Shown one piece after another: positions 24,317 through 35,035 of a stretch of DNA of 64,000 nt (position 1 is its first letter; every line of letters begins with the position of its first letter). Position numbers and translations under genes: made by a program. Under the pieces are notes generated by a model. It had not been told where the DNA came from and searched no databases. It worked only from the letters and a program-made list of their open reading frames with translations. This DNA comes from Dehalococcoidia bacterium (GTDB lineage: Bacteria; Chloroflexota; Dehalococcoidia; UBA2979): assembly GCA_041674525.1 (NCBI GenBank), contig JBAYVN010000004.1, positions 8,203 through 72,202 of the forward strand. The letters run 5' to 3'.

Positions 24317-26758
24317 ATGGCTACGCTCGCGCTGCAGGATCTCGCCGTGCTCGAGTGCGGAACGCGGCTCAGCGTCGCGATGTGCGGCAGGCTGCTGACC
24401 GACCTCGGCGCGCGCGTCACGAAGGTCGAACCGATCGAGGGTGACCCCGCGCGCCGGGCGGGCCCCTTCCCCGGCGACGCCGCGGATCCGGAGCGCAGCG
24501 GGCTCTTCGCCTACCTCAACCGCGGCAAGCGCGGCGTCACGCTCGACCTCGACACGCCCGAGGGGCGGGACTCGCTGCGGCGCATCGCCGGCGCGTTCGA
24601 CGTGGTGATCGCGGGCGGGTCGTACGCCGAGCTCAAGCGCTGGGGCGTGCTGGAGGAGGACCTGCGCGACGTGAAGCCGGGGCTGATCTGCGCCGCGGTC
24701 ACGCCCTTCGGGCTCACCGGTCCGCGGCGCGACGCGCCGGACAGCGAGATCGTGGTCACCGCGCTGAGCGGCATCGGCTACTACGTCCCCGGCCCTATGG
24801 AATCGCCGGGACTGCCGCCCGTGGTTCCCGGGACGCACCTCGCGGACTTCACCGCGGGCGTGCAGGCCGCGTCCGCCACGATGACGGCGGTGGTCGGGCG
24901 GGACGCCACGGGCGCCGGGCGCCAGGTCGACGTCTCCGAGCAGGAGACGTTCCTGGACAGCCTGCGCATGTACCTCTGCACGTACGCGTACGAGGGAACG
25001 ATCCACCCGCGCGGCGCGGCCAACCAGAACGCGATCGTCGCCGGGCAGACCGGGAAGTGCACGGATGGTTACGTGACGGGAGTACCCGGCCCGCAGGCGG
25101 CGAACCCCGCGTGGGCGAACCTCGTCGAGGCGATGGGGAGGCCGGAGTGGGCCGCCGACGAGCGCATGGCCGATCCCGAGTACCGCCGCGCGCACGCCGC
25201 GGAGATCGTCGCCCGCATCAACGAATGGACCGGGAGCCTGCCCAAGGCCGAGGTCGCCGCGCGGCTGCAGGAACGCCACGCCACCAGCCTGCCGGTGAAC
25301 GACATCGACGATCTCCTCGTCAACGAGCAGCTCGCGGCGCGCGGGTACTTCGTCCCCCTCGATCACCCCGGCCTCCAGCAGGCGCGGGTCCCGGCGAGCC
25401 CGATCCGCTTCGACGGCGCCCCGATCGCCGGGAACGGCCGCGCGCCCTTCCTCGGCGAGCACAACGCCGAGGTGCTGGTGAGCGCGGCGCCGGGAGCCGC
25501 TGCCGCGCCCCGGACGCTGCCCGGGATCGCGCCCGGCCGAGGCACCCCGCTCCCGCTTGCGGGCGTGCGCATCCTCGATCTCACGTGGTGGATCGCGGGG
25601 CCCTGGGCGACCACGCAGATGGCGATGATGGGCGCGGACGTGATCCGCCTGGAGAGCCGCGCCCGGCCGGACAGCATGCGCAATACCACGCCCTTCGCGG
25701 ACGGTGAGCCCGGCATCAACCGCAGCGGGCGCTGGAACAGCCACAACTACACGAAGCGCTCGGCCGCCCTCAACCTCGCGAAGCCCGAGGGGCTGGAGCT
25801 CGCGAAGCGCCTCGTGGCGAAGTGCGACATCGTCTTCGAGAACTTCGCGGCGGGCGTGCTCGATCGCATGGGCCTCGACTACGAGACGCTGAAGGCGATC
25901 AACCCGCGTGTGATCCTCTGCTCCGTGTCCGTGATCGGACGTGACGGCCCCTTCCGGCACTACGTCGGCATGGGGCCCGGCGCCATCGCGTACTCCGGCC
26001 TGAGCGCCATCACCGGGCACCGGGGCGGTCCGCACGGGACCATCCCGCCGTTCCTCGCGGACTACACCACCGCGTGGCACGCCGAGCTCGCCATGCTCGC
26101 GGCCCTGCACGAGCGCGACCGGACGGGCGTGGGCCGCCGCATCGAGCTCTCCATGGTCGAGGCACAGGCGAGCCAGCTGCCGGAGCCGTTCATCGACGCC
26201 ACGCTCAACGGCCGGATCGCCACGCGCAAGGGCAACGACCATCCGTTCATGGCGCCCCACGGGTACTACCCGTGCGCCGGCAACGACCGCTGGCTGGCGC
26301 TCTCCGTGGCAAACGGCGAGCAGTGGCGCGGGCTCTGCGACGTCCTCGACGGCCCCGGGCATCGCCTCAGCGGCGACCCCCGCTTCGCCGGCGCGGACGG
26401 CCGCCTGCAGCACCGTGACGAACTGGACGCCGTGATCGGGAGCGCCACGAGCCGGCTCGACCCCTTCGCGCTGGAGGCGCGGCTGCGCGACGCCGGCGTC
26501 CCCGCGGGCGTGGCCCTGAACCCGGAGGATGTCTTCGCCGACCCCCACCTGCGGGAGCGCGAGGTCTTCATCAGCCCCCCGCACGAGGAGGTGGGCCCCT
26601 ACCCCATGGTCGGGCTCGCCTGGAAGCTCTCGGGGGCGCCCCCGGCCGTGTGGGCCTCGCCCTCGCTGGGTCAGCACAACGCGTACGTCTACGGGGACTT
26701 GCTCGGCATGGGCAACGCCGAGATCGAGGCGCTCCAGGCGTCCGGTGTCGTGGCGTAG
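24317..26758 (+). CDS. Tandem-duplicated CoA-transferase family III (CaiB/BaiF) fusion protein, 813 aa
   Basis: Two complete CaiB-like halves. The first starts LAVLECGTRLSVAMCGRLLTDLGARV; the second has GVRILDLTWWIAGPWATTQMAMMGADVIRLE. Confidence 0.85.
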   Translation: MATLALQDLAVLECGTRLSVAMCGRLLTDLGARVTKVEPIEGDPARRAGPFPGDAADPERSGLFAYLNRGKRGVTLDLDTPEGRDSLRRIAGAFDVVIAGGSYAELKRWGVLEEDLRDVKPGLICAAVTPFGLTGPRRDAPDSEIVVTALSGIGYYVPGPMESPGLPPVVPGTHLADFTAGVQAASATMTAVVGRDATGAGRQVDVSEQETFLDSLRMYLCTYAYEGTIHPRGAANQNAIVAGQTGKCTDGYVTGVPGPQAANPAWANLVEAMGRPEWAADERMADPEYRRAHAAEIVARINEWTGSLPKAEVAARLQERHATSLPVNDIDDLLVNEQLAARGYFVPLDHPGLQQARVPASPIRFDGAPIAGNGRAPFLGEHNAEVLVSAAPGAAAAPRTLPGIAPGRGTPLPLAGVRILDLTWWIAGPWATTQMAMMGADVIRLESRARPDSMRNTTPFADGEPGINRSGRWNSHNYTKRSAALNLAKPEGLELAKRLVAKCDIVFENFAAGVLDRMGLDYETLKAINPRVILCSVSVIGRDGPFRHYVGMGPGAIAYSGLSAITGHRGGPHGTIPPFLADYTTAWHAELAMLAALHERDRTGVGRRIELSMVEAQASQLPEPFIDATLNGRIATRKGNDHPFMAPHGYYPCAGNDRWLALSVANGEQWRGLCDVLDGPGHRLSGDPRFAGADGRLQHRDELDAVIGSATSRLDPFALEARLRDAGVPAGVALNPEDVFADPHLREREVFISPPHEEVGPYPMVGLAWKLSGAPPAVWASPSLGQHNAYVYGDLLGMGNAEIEALQASGVVA

Positions 26759-26871
26759 CGAGGGCACCTCACCTCGTCGCGAACGCGGTAGCATGTTCCG
26801 CCTGCGCGAGCTTCGCCGCGGCAGGTGATCAGCGGAGCGGGCCGGCATGCCCGCCGGGAGAGGTGCGAAAG

Positions 26872-27816
26872 ATGGAGTACCGGCAGCTCGGCCGTTCTGG
26901 TTTGCAGGTCTCGGTCGTCAGCCTCGGCACGAACCAGTTCGGCAGCCCCGTGGATGCCGACGGCGTGCAGTCGATCATGGACGCGGCGCTGGAGTCCGGG
27001 ATCAATTTCGTCGACACGGCGGACGGCTACGGCGGCGGCCTGTCGGAGCAGTACATCGGGCGCGCGATCAAGGCCCACCGCTCGGACTGGGTGGTGATGA
27101 CGAAGTTCGGCAACTATCCCGCGGGCGAGGGGCCGAACCGTCGAGGCAACTCGCGCGGCTACATGCGCAAGGCCGTGGCCGGCGCGCTGCAACGCCTGGA
27201 CACCGACTACCTGGACGTCTACCTGTTCCACCGCCCCGATCCGGTGACCCCGATCGAGGAGCAGATGTCGGCGATGGATGACCTCGTGCACGAGGGCCTC
27301 GTCCGGTACATCGGCTGCTCCAACTGGGCGGGCTGGCAGATCGCGGCAGCGAACGAGACGGCGAACCGTCGGGGCTGGACGCCGTTCATCGCCTCGCAGC
27401 CGGCGTACAGCCTGATGAACCGCGCGCCGGAGGGCGAGCACATCGACTCCTGCGCGTACTACGGGCTGGGCCTCACGCCGTTCAGTTCGCTCGCGGGGGG
27501 CTTCCTCACCGGGAAGCACCGGCGCGGCCAGGCCCCCGTCCCCGGTACGCGCGTGGCGAGGAACCCCCGCGCGCCCCAGACGCTGCTCACGGACGCCAAC
27601 TTCGACCGGCTGGAAGCATGGGAGGCGATCGCGCGCGACGCCGGTCTCTCCATGACGCAGCTCGCCCTCGGCTGGGTCGCCGCCCAGCCCACCGTGTCCT
27701 CGGTCATCTGCGGGGCCACCTCCGCGGACCAGGTGCGTGAGAATGCGACGGTGAGCGACGCGCTGGCGAAGATCACCCCGGACGTGCTGAAGGCGATCGC
27801 GGACGCGGGGCGCTAG
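26872..27816 (+). CDS. Aldo/keto reductase
   Basis: MEYRQLGRSGLQVSVVSLGT plus INFVDTADGYGGG and the C-terminal AKR motif. Confidence 0.9.
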   Translation: MEYRQLGRSGLQVSVVSLGTNQFGSPVDADGVQSIMDAALESGINFVDTADGYGGGLSEQYIGRAIKAHRSDWVVMTKFGNYPAGEGPNRRGNSRGYMRKAVAGALQRLDTDYLDVYLFHRPDPVTPIEEQMSAMDDLVHEGLVRYIGCSNWAGWQIAAANETANRRGWTPFIASQPAYSLMNRAPEGEHIDSCAYYGLGLTPFSSLAGGFLTGKHRRGQAPVPGTRVARNPRAPQTLLTDANFDRLEAWEAIARDAGLSMTQLALGWVAAQPTVSSVICGATSADQVRENATVSDALAKITPDVLKAIADAGR

Positions 27817-27840
27817 GCGATCTCGGCACGGAGCAGACGC

Positions 27841-27872
27841 GAGGAAGGCCCGGCGACTGCCGGGCCTTCCTC
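27841..27872. terminator. Perfect 14-bp-stem hairpin GAGGAAGGCCCGGC-GACT-GCCGGGCCTTCCTC between convergent genes; bidirectional terminator candidate
   Basis: Read directly from the sequence. No U-tract, which is common in high-GC genomes. Confidence 0.6.
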
Positions 27873-27922
27873 GTGCTCCTGACTGGACCGTGTCCGTGAT
27901 CGAACGTGAACCGGTGCCGCGG

Positions 27923-29308
27923 CTACGGCCGGACGATCCCTACGTTCCCCTCGCGCGTCACCTTCGTGCCGTAGAGCGCCGAGAGGCGCTCGAAGCGATC
28001 GAGGATCTCGCGCGCGACGTCGCCATCCGCCAGCACCGGCCGCCCACGCTGGTAGCGCGGCTTCCCGAAGCCCAGGTCCACCGGGTGCAGGCGGATCTCC
28101 GCGAACTCGTGGCCCTTGTTCCACTTCGTCATCGCCAGCGCGCTCTCCCAGCGGCGTGGCGCGACCGTCTGACCGCGCGTCTCGTTCGCGGAGCGGGTGT
28201 TGTAGAACTGCTCCGGCGTGTGCTCCCACGACAGCCCCTGGCCCAGGTAGTTGTCCTGCGGCTGCAGCAGCACCGTGTCGTTCTCCAGGAAGAAGTCGCC
28301 GAGCGAGTAGAAGATCGGCTTCCCGTTGTAGATCTCGATGCCGCGATCCTGGTGCGGACCGTGACCGACGAAGACGTCCGCGCCGGCGTCGATGCACGAG
28401 CGCATGATCGTCTGCACAGCCTCGGCGGGCTCGTCCTCAGTGTTTCCGGACTCGTGGTTGTGCATTGTGCAGATGACCCAGTCCGCCATGCCCCGCGCGT
28501 CGCGCACCCGCTGCAGCCACCCCTCCAGGTCGCCGGCGTGCGGCGTGGAGTGGCGCTCGAACTTGGCGCCCAGCGTGAACTTCACCCAGCTCAGGGACTC
28601 GTACATCGGCCACAGGCCGACGAGGTAGAACTCGGTGTCGGTGTCCGGCGGCAGCGGCGCACCGAAGCCGCCCACGCGGCGGCGCTCCTTCTGCTCCTCG
28701 AAATGCAGTCCCTGGCTTGTGAGGCGGATAGCGTCGAACGTCGGCTTGTCGACGACGTACTCCACCGTGTGGCGGATGTAGTTCGACCCCGGCCGTCCCT
28801 GCACATCCCGGCGCTGGTCGCCGGCGCGGCCCGGAGGCGGTCCGGAGGTCGTGGCGGACAGGAGGGCGATCCGCCCCTTCGACGTCTCGATGTATACGGG
28901 GCCGCGTGCCTCGGCCAGGTTCCTCCCGGTGCCGGCGAACGGCATGTTGAACTTCCGGAGGTTCTCGATGTTCTTGAGCACCCCACCCTCGCCGTAATCG
29001 AACGAATGGTTGCAGGCGGTGCTCAGGAAGTCGAAGCCCATCCACTGCAGCTCGGCGATGTTGTGCGGGTCGGACCGCATGTAGGTGCCGCCCGACATGT
29101 AGGCAGGCGTGGGCTCGTAGTCGTGGAACAGCATCTCGGCGTGGGTGAAGCCCACGTCGGCGCTGCGGATCATCTCGACCAGTTTGGTGAAATCCGGCTC
29201 CCGGTCCCTAGACACCGCGCGAGTGATCAGGGACTCACCCGTCAGCGCCATCAGGATGTCGCCCGACTCTGCCTCGTAGATGCTTCGATCGTATGAATAG
29301 GTTGTCAT
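27923..29308 (-). CDS. CapA/PGA_cap family metallophosphoesterase-like protein
   Basis: CapA blocks: FLSTACNHSFDYG, VICTMHNHESGN, FVGHGPHQDRGIEIYNGKPIFYSLGDF. Confidence 0.85.
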   Translation of the reverse strand: MTTYSYDRSIYEAESGDILMALTGESLITRAVSRDREPDFTKLVEMIRSADVGFTHAEMLFHDYEPTPAYMSGGTYMRSDPHNIAELQWMGFDFLSTACNHSFDYGEGGVLKNIENLRKFNMPFAGTGRNLAEARGPVYIETSKGRIALLSATTSGPPPGRAGDQRRDVQGRPGSNYIRHTVEYVVDKPTFDAIRLTSQGLHFEEQKERRRVGGFGAPLPPDTDTEFYLVGLWPMYESLSWVKFTLGAKFERHSTPHAGDLEGWLQRVRDARGMADWVICTMHNHESGNTEDEPAEAVQTIMRSCIDAGADVFVGHGPHQDRGIEIYNGKPIFYSLGDFFLENDTVLLQPQDNYLGQGLSWEHTPEQFYNTRSANETRGQTVAPRRWESALAMTKWNKGHEFAEIRLHPVDLGFGKPRYQRGRPVLADGDVAREILDRFERLSALYGTKVTREGNVGIVRP

Positions 29309-29477
29309 GCTACAGCCCTCCCGCTCATCACGAGCGCGCGTAGCATAGGCCCGCGGATCAAGCGCGTCACGTGATCCGGGAATCGTCGCGTCGCGGCCTC
29401 CTGGATCGCGGCTTCAACATGATGCCCCCGCACCACAGCCCGGCTCCCGCCGCGCCGCGCGCGCCGTGGACAAACCT

Positions 29478-29503
29478 CGAGCATGCAAGAAGCCCGCCTT
29501 TCG
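29478..29503. terminator. Hairpin AGAAGCCCGCC-TTTC-GGCGGGCTTCT about 100 nt downstream of the acyl-CoA dehydrogenase gene
   Basis: Perfect 11-bp stem read directly from the sequence. Confidence 0.5.
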
Positions 29504-29604
29504 GCGGGCTTCTCCACGCTTGCGGACGGCCTTCTGCTTGGAGGCAGACATGCTCGACGATAGGTGCCCGCAAACGCGACCAGGCGCGCTGGTCTGCGCG
29601 ATTG

Positions 29605-30815
29605 CTACCGGCTGCGCGGCAGTCCGAGGCCTCGCAGCGCCACCTGGTCACGCATGATCTGCGTGCTGCCATGGTTGATTCCGGACTGGAATGCCCCCAT
29701 CACGTTGTGCGCGTACAGGCCGCTCTCGATGGCGTCCTCGGCACCGTTGAGGAGCTGCGCGTACGGACCGAGGAGCTGCGCGATGGTCTCGGTGACCTTC
29801 ACGCCGTGCTCGGGAGCCCACACCTTCTCGGCGCTGCCCTCGTACGTGAACTTCCCTTCGTGCTCCACGATCGACATGCTGCGCAGCGTCATCAGCCGGC
29901 AGACCTGAGCCTCGGTCCACACCTCGGCGATGCGGTCGCGCGCGGAGGGGTTGCTCTTGATGTTCTCGGCGAGGACGCCATTCTCGGGGTCCTTCACCCA
30001 GTTCACGATGTCCTCGTCGCGCCGCACCGACATCAGGTAACGGCCGGCGCCGACGCGGTCGAGGTTCAGACCCATCGCGCTCAGGTTCCAGCCGTTGTTC
30101 TCCTCGCCCAGCAGGCAGGAGGCCGGCACGCGCACGTCCTCGAAGAACGTCTCGTTCGTGCGGATCGTGCCGTACGTGGTGCCGCGCGGCGCGGGCGGGT
30201 CGTTCTGGATCGTCCACAGCGGGCGCACGGTGATCCCCGGCGTGTTGATCGGGATCAGGAAGATCGAGATCCCGGCGTTGCGCTTCGAGTCCGGGTCGGT
30301 GCGCGCCATCAGGTAGACGTGCGTCGAGCGGTGCGCGCTGGACGTGTACATCTTCTGGCCGTTGATGACGTAGTCGTCGCCGTCACGCACAGCGCGGCAT
30401 TGCAACCCGGCTAGGTCCGCGCCGCCCGAAGGCTCCGTGAAGCCGAGGGCGAACGACAGCTCGCCGTTGATCAGCTTCGGGATGAAGTAATCCTTCTGCT
30501 CCTGCGTGCCGCCCGCGAGGATCGTCGGTGCGCCACTGCCGCCGCCGCCCACGCTCAGCCCGACGCGCGCGAACTCTTCCTCGACGATGTACTGGTCGAG
30601 GCGGTTGCCGTCCTGTCCGCCGTACTGCTTCGGCCACGAGATCGCGCGCCAGCCGCGCGCCTTGATCTTGTCGTACACGGCCGCCAGCTTCGGATTCCGC
30701 GATCCGCCCTCCCCGCCCTCGTCCTCCTCCTGGATGTCCGGGGTGACTTCCTTCGCGATGAAGTCCTGGACTTCCTGCTTGAGCGCCCGCTGGGCGGGCG
30801 TGTACTCGAATTCCA
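29605..30815 (-). CDS. Acyl-CoA dehydrogenase
   Basis: ACAD N-terminal, middle and C-terminal domains, with the VEFEYTPAQRALKQEV N-terminus. Start set at the GTG at 30815, with SD GGAGG 6 nt upstream; the ORF continues in frame to 30876. Confidence 0.85.
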
Positions 30816-31060
30816 CTTGTGGCCTCCCCCGGGAGCCCCCCGAGCGGGCCTCCACCGGTCTCCCTGACACTGGCACGGAATATCACGAACGATATACGCT
30901 CGCCGCCCGCCGATGACAACGCCCCGGCCGGCCCGGGACGCGAGAAGTCGCGCAATGCTCGCGCCCCGGCAGCGTCGATCAGGCCGGACGCCGCGCGGGC
31001 GCGCGCTATCATGCCGCCGGCGCACCAGGCCGGGGGATTGAAAGGAAGAGGAGACAGGAC

Positions 31061-32239
31061 ATGGCGCACCCGCTCGACGGAGTGAAGATCATCGAGATCG
31101 CGACGTACGCGCCGGCCAACATGGCCGCGGGCTGGCTCGCGGACCTGGGGGCCGACATCATCGTCGTCGAGCCGCCCTCGAACCGGGCGCTCGGTCCCGA
31201 GTGGGACAAGAGCGACCGCCTCCGCCACGTGGAGAACCGCAACAAGCGCGGCATCGGCCTGAACCTGCGCGAGCCCGAGGGTCAGGCGATCCTCCACCGG
31301 ATGGTGCAGGACGCCGACATCCTGATCGAGGCGAACCGCCCCGGCGTCGCGAAGCGCCTCGGCTTCGACTACGAGACGCTCTCGAAGATCAACCCGCGCA
31401 TCATCGTGTGCTCCTCCACCGGCTACGGCCAGCAGGGGCCGATGAGCCACCTGCCCGGTCACGGCCGGGTGTGGGAGGCCACCGGGGGCTGGCTGCTGAC
31501 GCAGGGCACGGGCCTGGGCAACATGGGCGGCGATTACACGGGTGTCCCGTACATGAACCCGTTCAACCTCGCGGACATCAAGTCCGCGCCGTACATCCTG
31601 TCCACCATCCTCGCGGCGCTGTACGCGCGCACCAACACGGGCGAGGGCCAGCACCTCGACATCGCGCTGTTCGATGCCGTGATCGCCGTGCGCAACCCGG
31701 CGACACCGGCGCGCGGCGACGAGGCGTGGGAGCGGCACACCGCCGCGAACGGCGTGTACGTCTGCAAGGACGGCCGGTACATCGCCTTCGCGGTGTCGGA
31801 GGCCCTGCAGTGGAAGAACATGTGCACGGGCGTCGGCCACCCGGAGTTCGAGAGCGAGTTCCGCCCCTCGAACGCCCGCGCCGACGAGATCCGGGCGATC
31901 TTCGCCCGGCGCTTCATGGAAAAGACGCGCGACGAGTGGTTCGCGGAGCTGAGCCAGTACGACATGGAGGTCGCTCCGGTCCTCACCCTCGACGAATCTG
32001 CGAGCAACCCGCAGGTGAAGCTGCGCAACATGCACGTCGAGGTCACGGACGACGCGGGCTACCACCAGGTCCAGTACGGCGCCCCGTTCCACCTGAGCAA
32101 GACCCCGCCGAAGATCAAGCACCGTCGCGCTCCCCGGTTCGGCGAGCACACGGAGCAGGTGCTCGCCGAGCTTGGCTACAGCGCCGGCGAGATCGCGAAG
32201 CTCACGTCCTCGGGCGTGGCGATCGCGAAGCAGTGGTGA
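31061..32239 (+). CDS. CoA-transferase family III (CaiB/BaiF) protein
   Basis: GVKIIEIATYAPANMAAGWLADLGADIIVVE plus ANRPGVAKRLGFDYETLSKINPRII. Confidence 0.85.
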   Translation: MAHPLDGVKIIEIATYAPANMAAGWLADLGADIIVVEPPSNRALGPEWDKSDRLRHVENRNKRGIGLNLREPEGQAILHRMVQDADILIEANRPGVAKRLGFDYETLSKINPRIIVCSSTGYGQQGPMSHLPGHGRVWEATGGWLLTQGTGLGNMGGDYTGVPYMNPFNLADIKSAPYILSTILAALYARTNTGEGQHLDIALFDAVIAVRNPATPARGDEAWERHTAANGVYVCKDGRYIAFAVSEALQWKNMCTGVGHPEFESEFRPSNARADEIRAIFARRFMEKTRDEWFAELSQYDMEVAPVLTLDESASNPQVKLRNMHVEVTDDAGYHQVQYGAPFHLSKTPPKIKHRRAPRFGEHTEQVLAELGYSAGEIAKLTSSGVAIAKQW

Positions 32240-32414
32240 TCCGCGCGGGGTGACCCGTCAGGGTGTCTCACGGAGCAGCCCGCCGGAAGGCGGGCTGCTC
32301 TGCGTGGCTGCTCGGGGCGGGTTGCTGCGTGGCTCCGCTGCGTGCGCCGCTCGTGCACGCCGACCGTGTGGCGGCCGCGCGCGCTCGGCGCGCGCACGAG
32401 GACGCCGGGGCGCC

Positions 32415-33839
32415 TCAGTCCCAGGCGGGCGGGTGCGTGCCGAAGGGCGCCGTGGGCAGCGCGTAGAAGGGCGGTGTCTCCGACAGCTGCTCGGCCGGCC
32501 GCATGTAGCGGACGGGGCCGTACGGCGTGTCCATCTCCGTCAGCAGATCCTCGAACTCGCTCAGCTCCGGATCGGGAATCCGCGCGCCGTCCACGCGGCC
32601 CATCTGCTTCACCCACTCCCCGGTCGTCGCCAGCGCCACGCGGACGTGGTAGCTCCCGCCCTCGTGCGCGCGACGCACGAGCGCCGAGAGCACGCCGAGC
32701 GCGGCGATATACGCCGTTGAGTGATCCATGACCTGGCAGGGGAGACCCGCCGGCTGCCCGCCCTCGCGGTACAGGGCGCCCTCGTAGGCCATGCCGTTAT
32801 GACACTGCAGCATGCTGTCGTAGCAGGCGCGGTCGGACCAGGGGCCCTGGTGACCGAAGCCGCTGAGGCTCACGTAGATCAGCCCCGGGCGCCGCGCCGC
32901 CGCGGCCTCCGGACCGAACCCGTGCGACGCCAGCACGCCGGGGCGCATTCCCTGCACCAGCACGTCCGCCTGGTCCACGAGCTCGCCGAAGGTGTGCGGC
33001 TCGGTGCGCAGGTCGAGCCACGCGGAGCGCTTCCCGAACCCCGTGGCGATGTCCATCAGTCCCCATGGCGCGACGCTCGGCGCCGTGACCTGGATCACGT
33101 CCGCGCCGTGCCCGGCAAGGAACCGGCAGCACGTCGGACCCGAGATCACGCGCGTGAGGTCGATCACGCGCACGCCCGAGAGCGGACGCTCGGCCGGGCG
33201 CAGGGGCTGCGGCGGTGAGTCGGCGATCTTCGTGATCTCCACGACCGGCGTGCGCAACACGGCGGAGCCGTGCGGATGCACGGCCCATTCCTCGTTCGTG
33301 AGCACCACAGCGGCGATCCCGCCGCGGCTGCATACCGCCTCCTCGATCTCGAAGGCATTCCGCTTGCGCGTCGCCTCGGCGCCGGCCGCGCTGTCGTCCG
33401 CGCAGCCGAGGACGTCCAGCGCCACCTGGCGGTGATGCGGCAGCGACGTCTGGTAGCGGATGTAGCGATCATCGGCCGTGCGGTAGAACCCCAGGCCGAG
33501 CCGGTCCGTCTGCCCGCGCGGCGGCAGCCCCTCGACCTGCGCCCAGCGCTCCGAGCGGTACGTGGCGATGGCGTGACGCGTGTCGATCGCCACAGTCTGT
33601 GTGCGGCCGGTGCGCTCGCGCCACACCTCGGTCACGCCCAGGCTCGCCGCGCCGATCGCCGCCGCCGCGGCCCCACCGATGCGGTAGATCGCCGGGAAGT
33701 ACGGGTCCGAGCCGGTGACGGTCAGCCGCGACGCGATCCCGGGGTCGAGGCCGGCGGCGCTCAGCAGGCCCGCCGCAAGTTCGACGGTGCTCGGACCGGT
33801 CACCCCATCAATCCTCGGGACCACCTGCGGCTCGTTCAC
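32415..33839 (-). CDS. CoA-transferase family III (CaiB/BaiF) protein with an N-terminal extension
   Basis: GVRVIDLTRVISGPTCCRFLAGHGADVIQV ... GMRPGVLASHGFGPEAAAARRPGLIYVSLSGFG. Confidence 0.8.
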   Translation of the reverse strand: MNEPQVVPRIDGVTGPSTVELAAGLLSAAGLDPGIASRLTVTGSDPYFPAIYRIGGAAAAAIGAASLGVTEVWRERTGRTQTVAIDTRHAIATYRSERWAQVEGLPPRGQTDRLGLGFYRTADDRYIRYQTSLPHHRQVALDVLGCADDSAAGAEATRKRNAFEIEEAVCSRGGIAAVVLTNEEWAVHPHGSAVLRTPVVEITKIADSPPQPLRPAERPLSGVRVIDLTRVISGPTCCRFLAGHGADVIQVTAPSVAPWGLMDIATGFGKRSAWLDLRTEPHTFGELVDQADVLVQGMRPGVLASHGFGPEAAAARRPGLIYVSLSGFGHQGPWSDRACYDSMLQCHNGMAYEGALYREGGQPAGLPCQVMDHSTAYIAALGVLSALVRRAHEGGSYHVRVALATTGEWVKQMGRVDGARIPDPELSEFEDLLTEMDTPYGPVRYMRPAEQLSETPPFYALPTAPFGTHPPAWD

Positions 33840-34090
33840 GGAGCATCCCCCGGCACCGACCGGTCATCCAGCCGGCCGAATTGAAACACCTGAGGCGGCC
33901 GATTCTACAAAAACCACACCAGCCTCGCACCAGATCTCCCTCGCGGCCGCGAGGTTCGCCTAGAAACCGTCGTGGGCGTTCGTCCGGCGCCGCACCCGGA
34001 TCCCCGGTGTTGCGAGGCCTCGCGCGGGGGGCGTATACCTCGGCGTACTTCGCGCTCCGCGAACGGAGCAGGGCACGGGAGGAGCAGACG

Positions 34091-34894
34091 ATGCCGCTCA
34101 TGGACCTCGGCGACGCCACGATTCACTACGAGGACCGCGGCTCGGGGCCGCTCACCTTCATCCACTGCCACGACATGGGCTCAAGCGGCGAGCGCTTCGA
34201 GGCCGATGACATGGACTGGTATGCGCAGCGCTTCCGCACGATCTCGTGGGACAACCGCGGGCTGGGCCGCTCGGGCCAGTCGGCGAAGTACACGCTGCCG
34301 CTCTACGCCGCCGACATGGCGCATCTGCTCGATCGCCTCGGCGTCGAGCGGGCGATCGTGATGGGCGTCTCGTGGGGCGGGATCCTGGTGCAGCGCTTCG
34401 CCATCGACTACCCGGAGCGGTGCCTCGCGCTGATCGTCGACTCCTCGTCGCCGGAGACGAACGCTGCGGCCAGCGAGAACTGGTACCTGCGCGCCGAGGC
34501 CGCCCGCATCGGCGCGAAGGCCGTCATCGGGCGCGAGCTCAGCCCGGCGTTCGAGGGCCACGCGGTGATCACCCCGGAACAGGCCGACGAGGCGCACGCG
34601 CGCGTCAAGCCCGAGCACCTGGACTCGTACGTGGCGCAGTACCGCGCGACGGCAGGCCTCCACGAGCATCCGCTGACGCCGTACCTGCACCGGATCACGT
34701 GTCCCACGCTGGCGGTCGCGGGCGGAAAGGACGCCACGGCGGGCGCCGGCGGTGCGGTGGTCATCTCCCGCAACGTGCCGAACGCGCGCCTCCACATCTT
34801 CCAGGACGCGGGACACGGCACCTCGCGCACGGCCCGCGCGGAGTTCCGCACGCTGCTCCTCGACTTCCTGGGCGAGAACGGCCTGCCGGTCTAG
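34091..34894 (+). CDS. Alpha/beta hydrolase
   Basis: Nucleophile elbow GVSWGG, HGTS near the C-terminus and DATIHYEDRGSGPLTFIHCHDMGSSG. Confidence 0.8.
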   Translation: MPLMDLGDATIHYEDRGSGPLTFIHCHDMGSSGERFEADDMDWYAQRFRTISWDNRGLGRSGQSAKYTLPLYAADMAHLLDRLGVERAIVMGVSWGGILVQRFAIDYPERCLALIVDSSSPETNAAASENWYLRAEAARIGAKAVIGRELSPAFEGHAVITPEQADEAHARVKPEHLDSYVAQYRATAGLHEHPLTPYLHRITCPTLAVAGGKDATAGAGGAVVISRNVPNARLHIFQDAGHGTSRTARAEFRTLLLDFLGENGLPV

Positions 34895-35035
34895 GGGTAC
34901 CGGCCACGCACCTGCGAGACCCATTCGAGTCGCGCTCCCTGATCGTCGAAGGGGTCCGCGAGGTGGTGACGGGCGCTGCGGCATCGCCCGTCAGTCGCGT
35001 CTCACGCCTCGGCGTTCAGCACCGCTTCGGAGCGG

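Noticed and set aside
24053-26848. 931-aa minus-strand ORF
   Set aside because: It is antisense to the double CoA-transferase gene and is Arg/Gly/Ala/Pro-rich low complexity.
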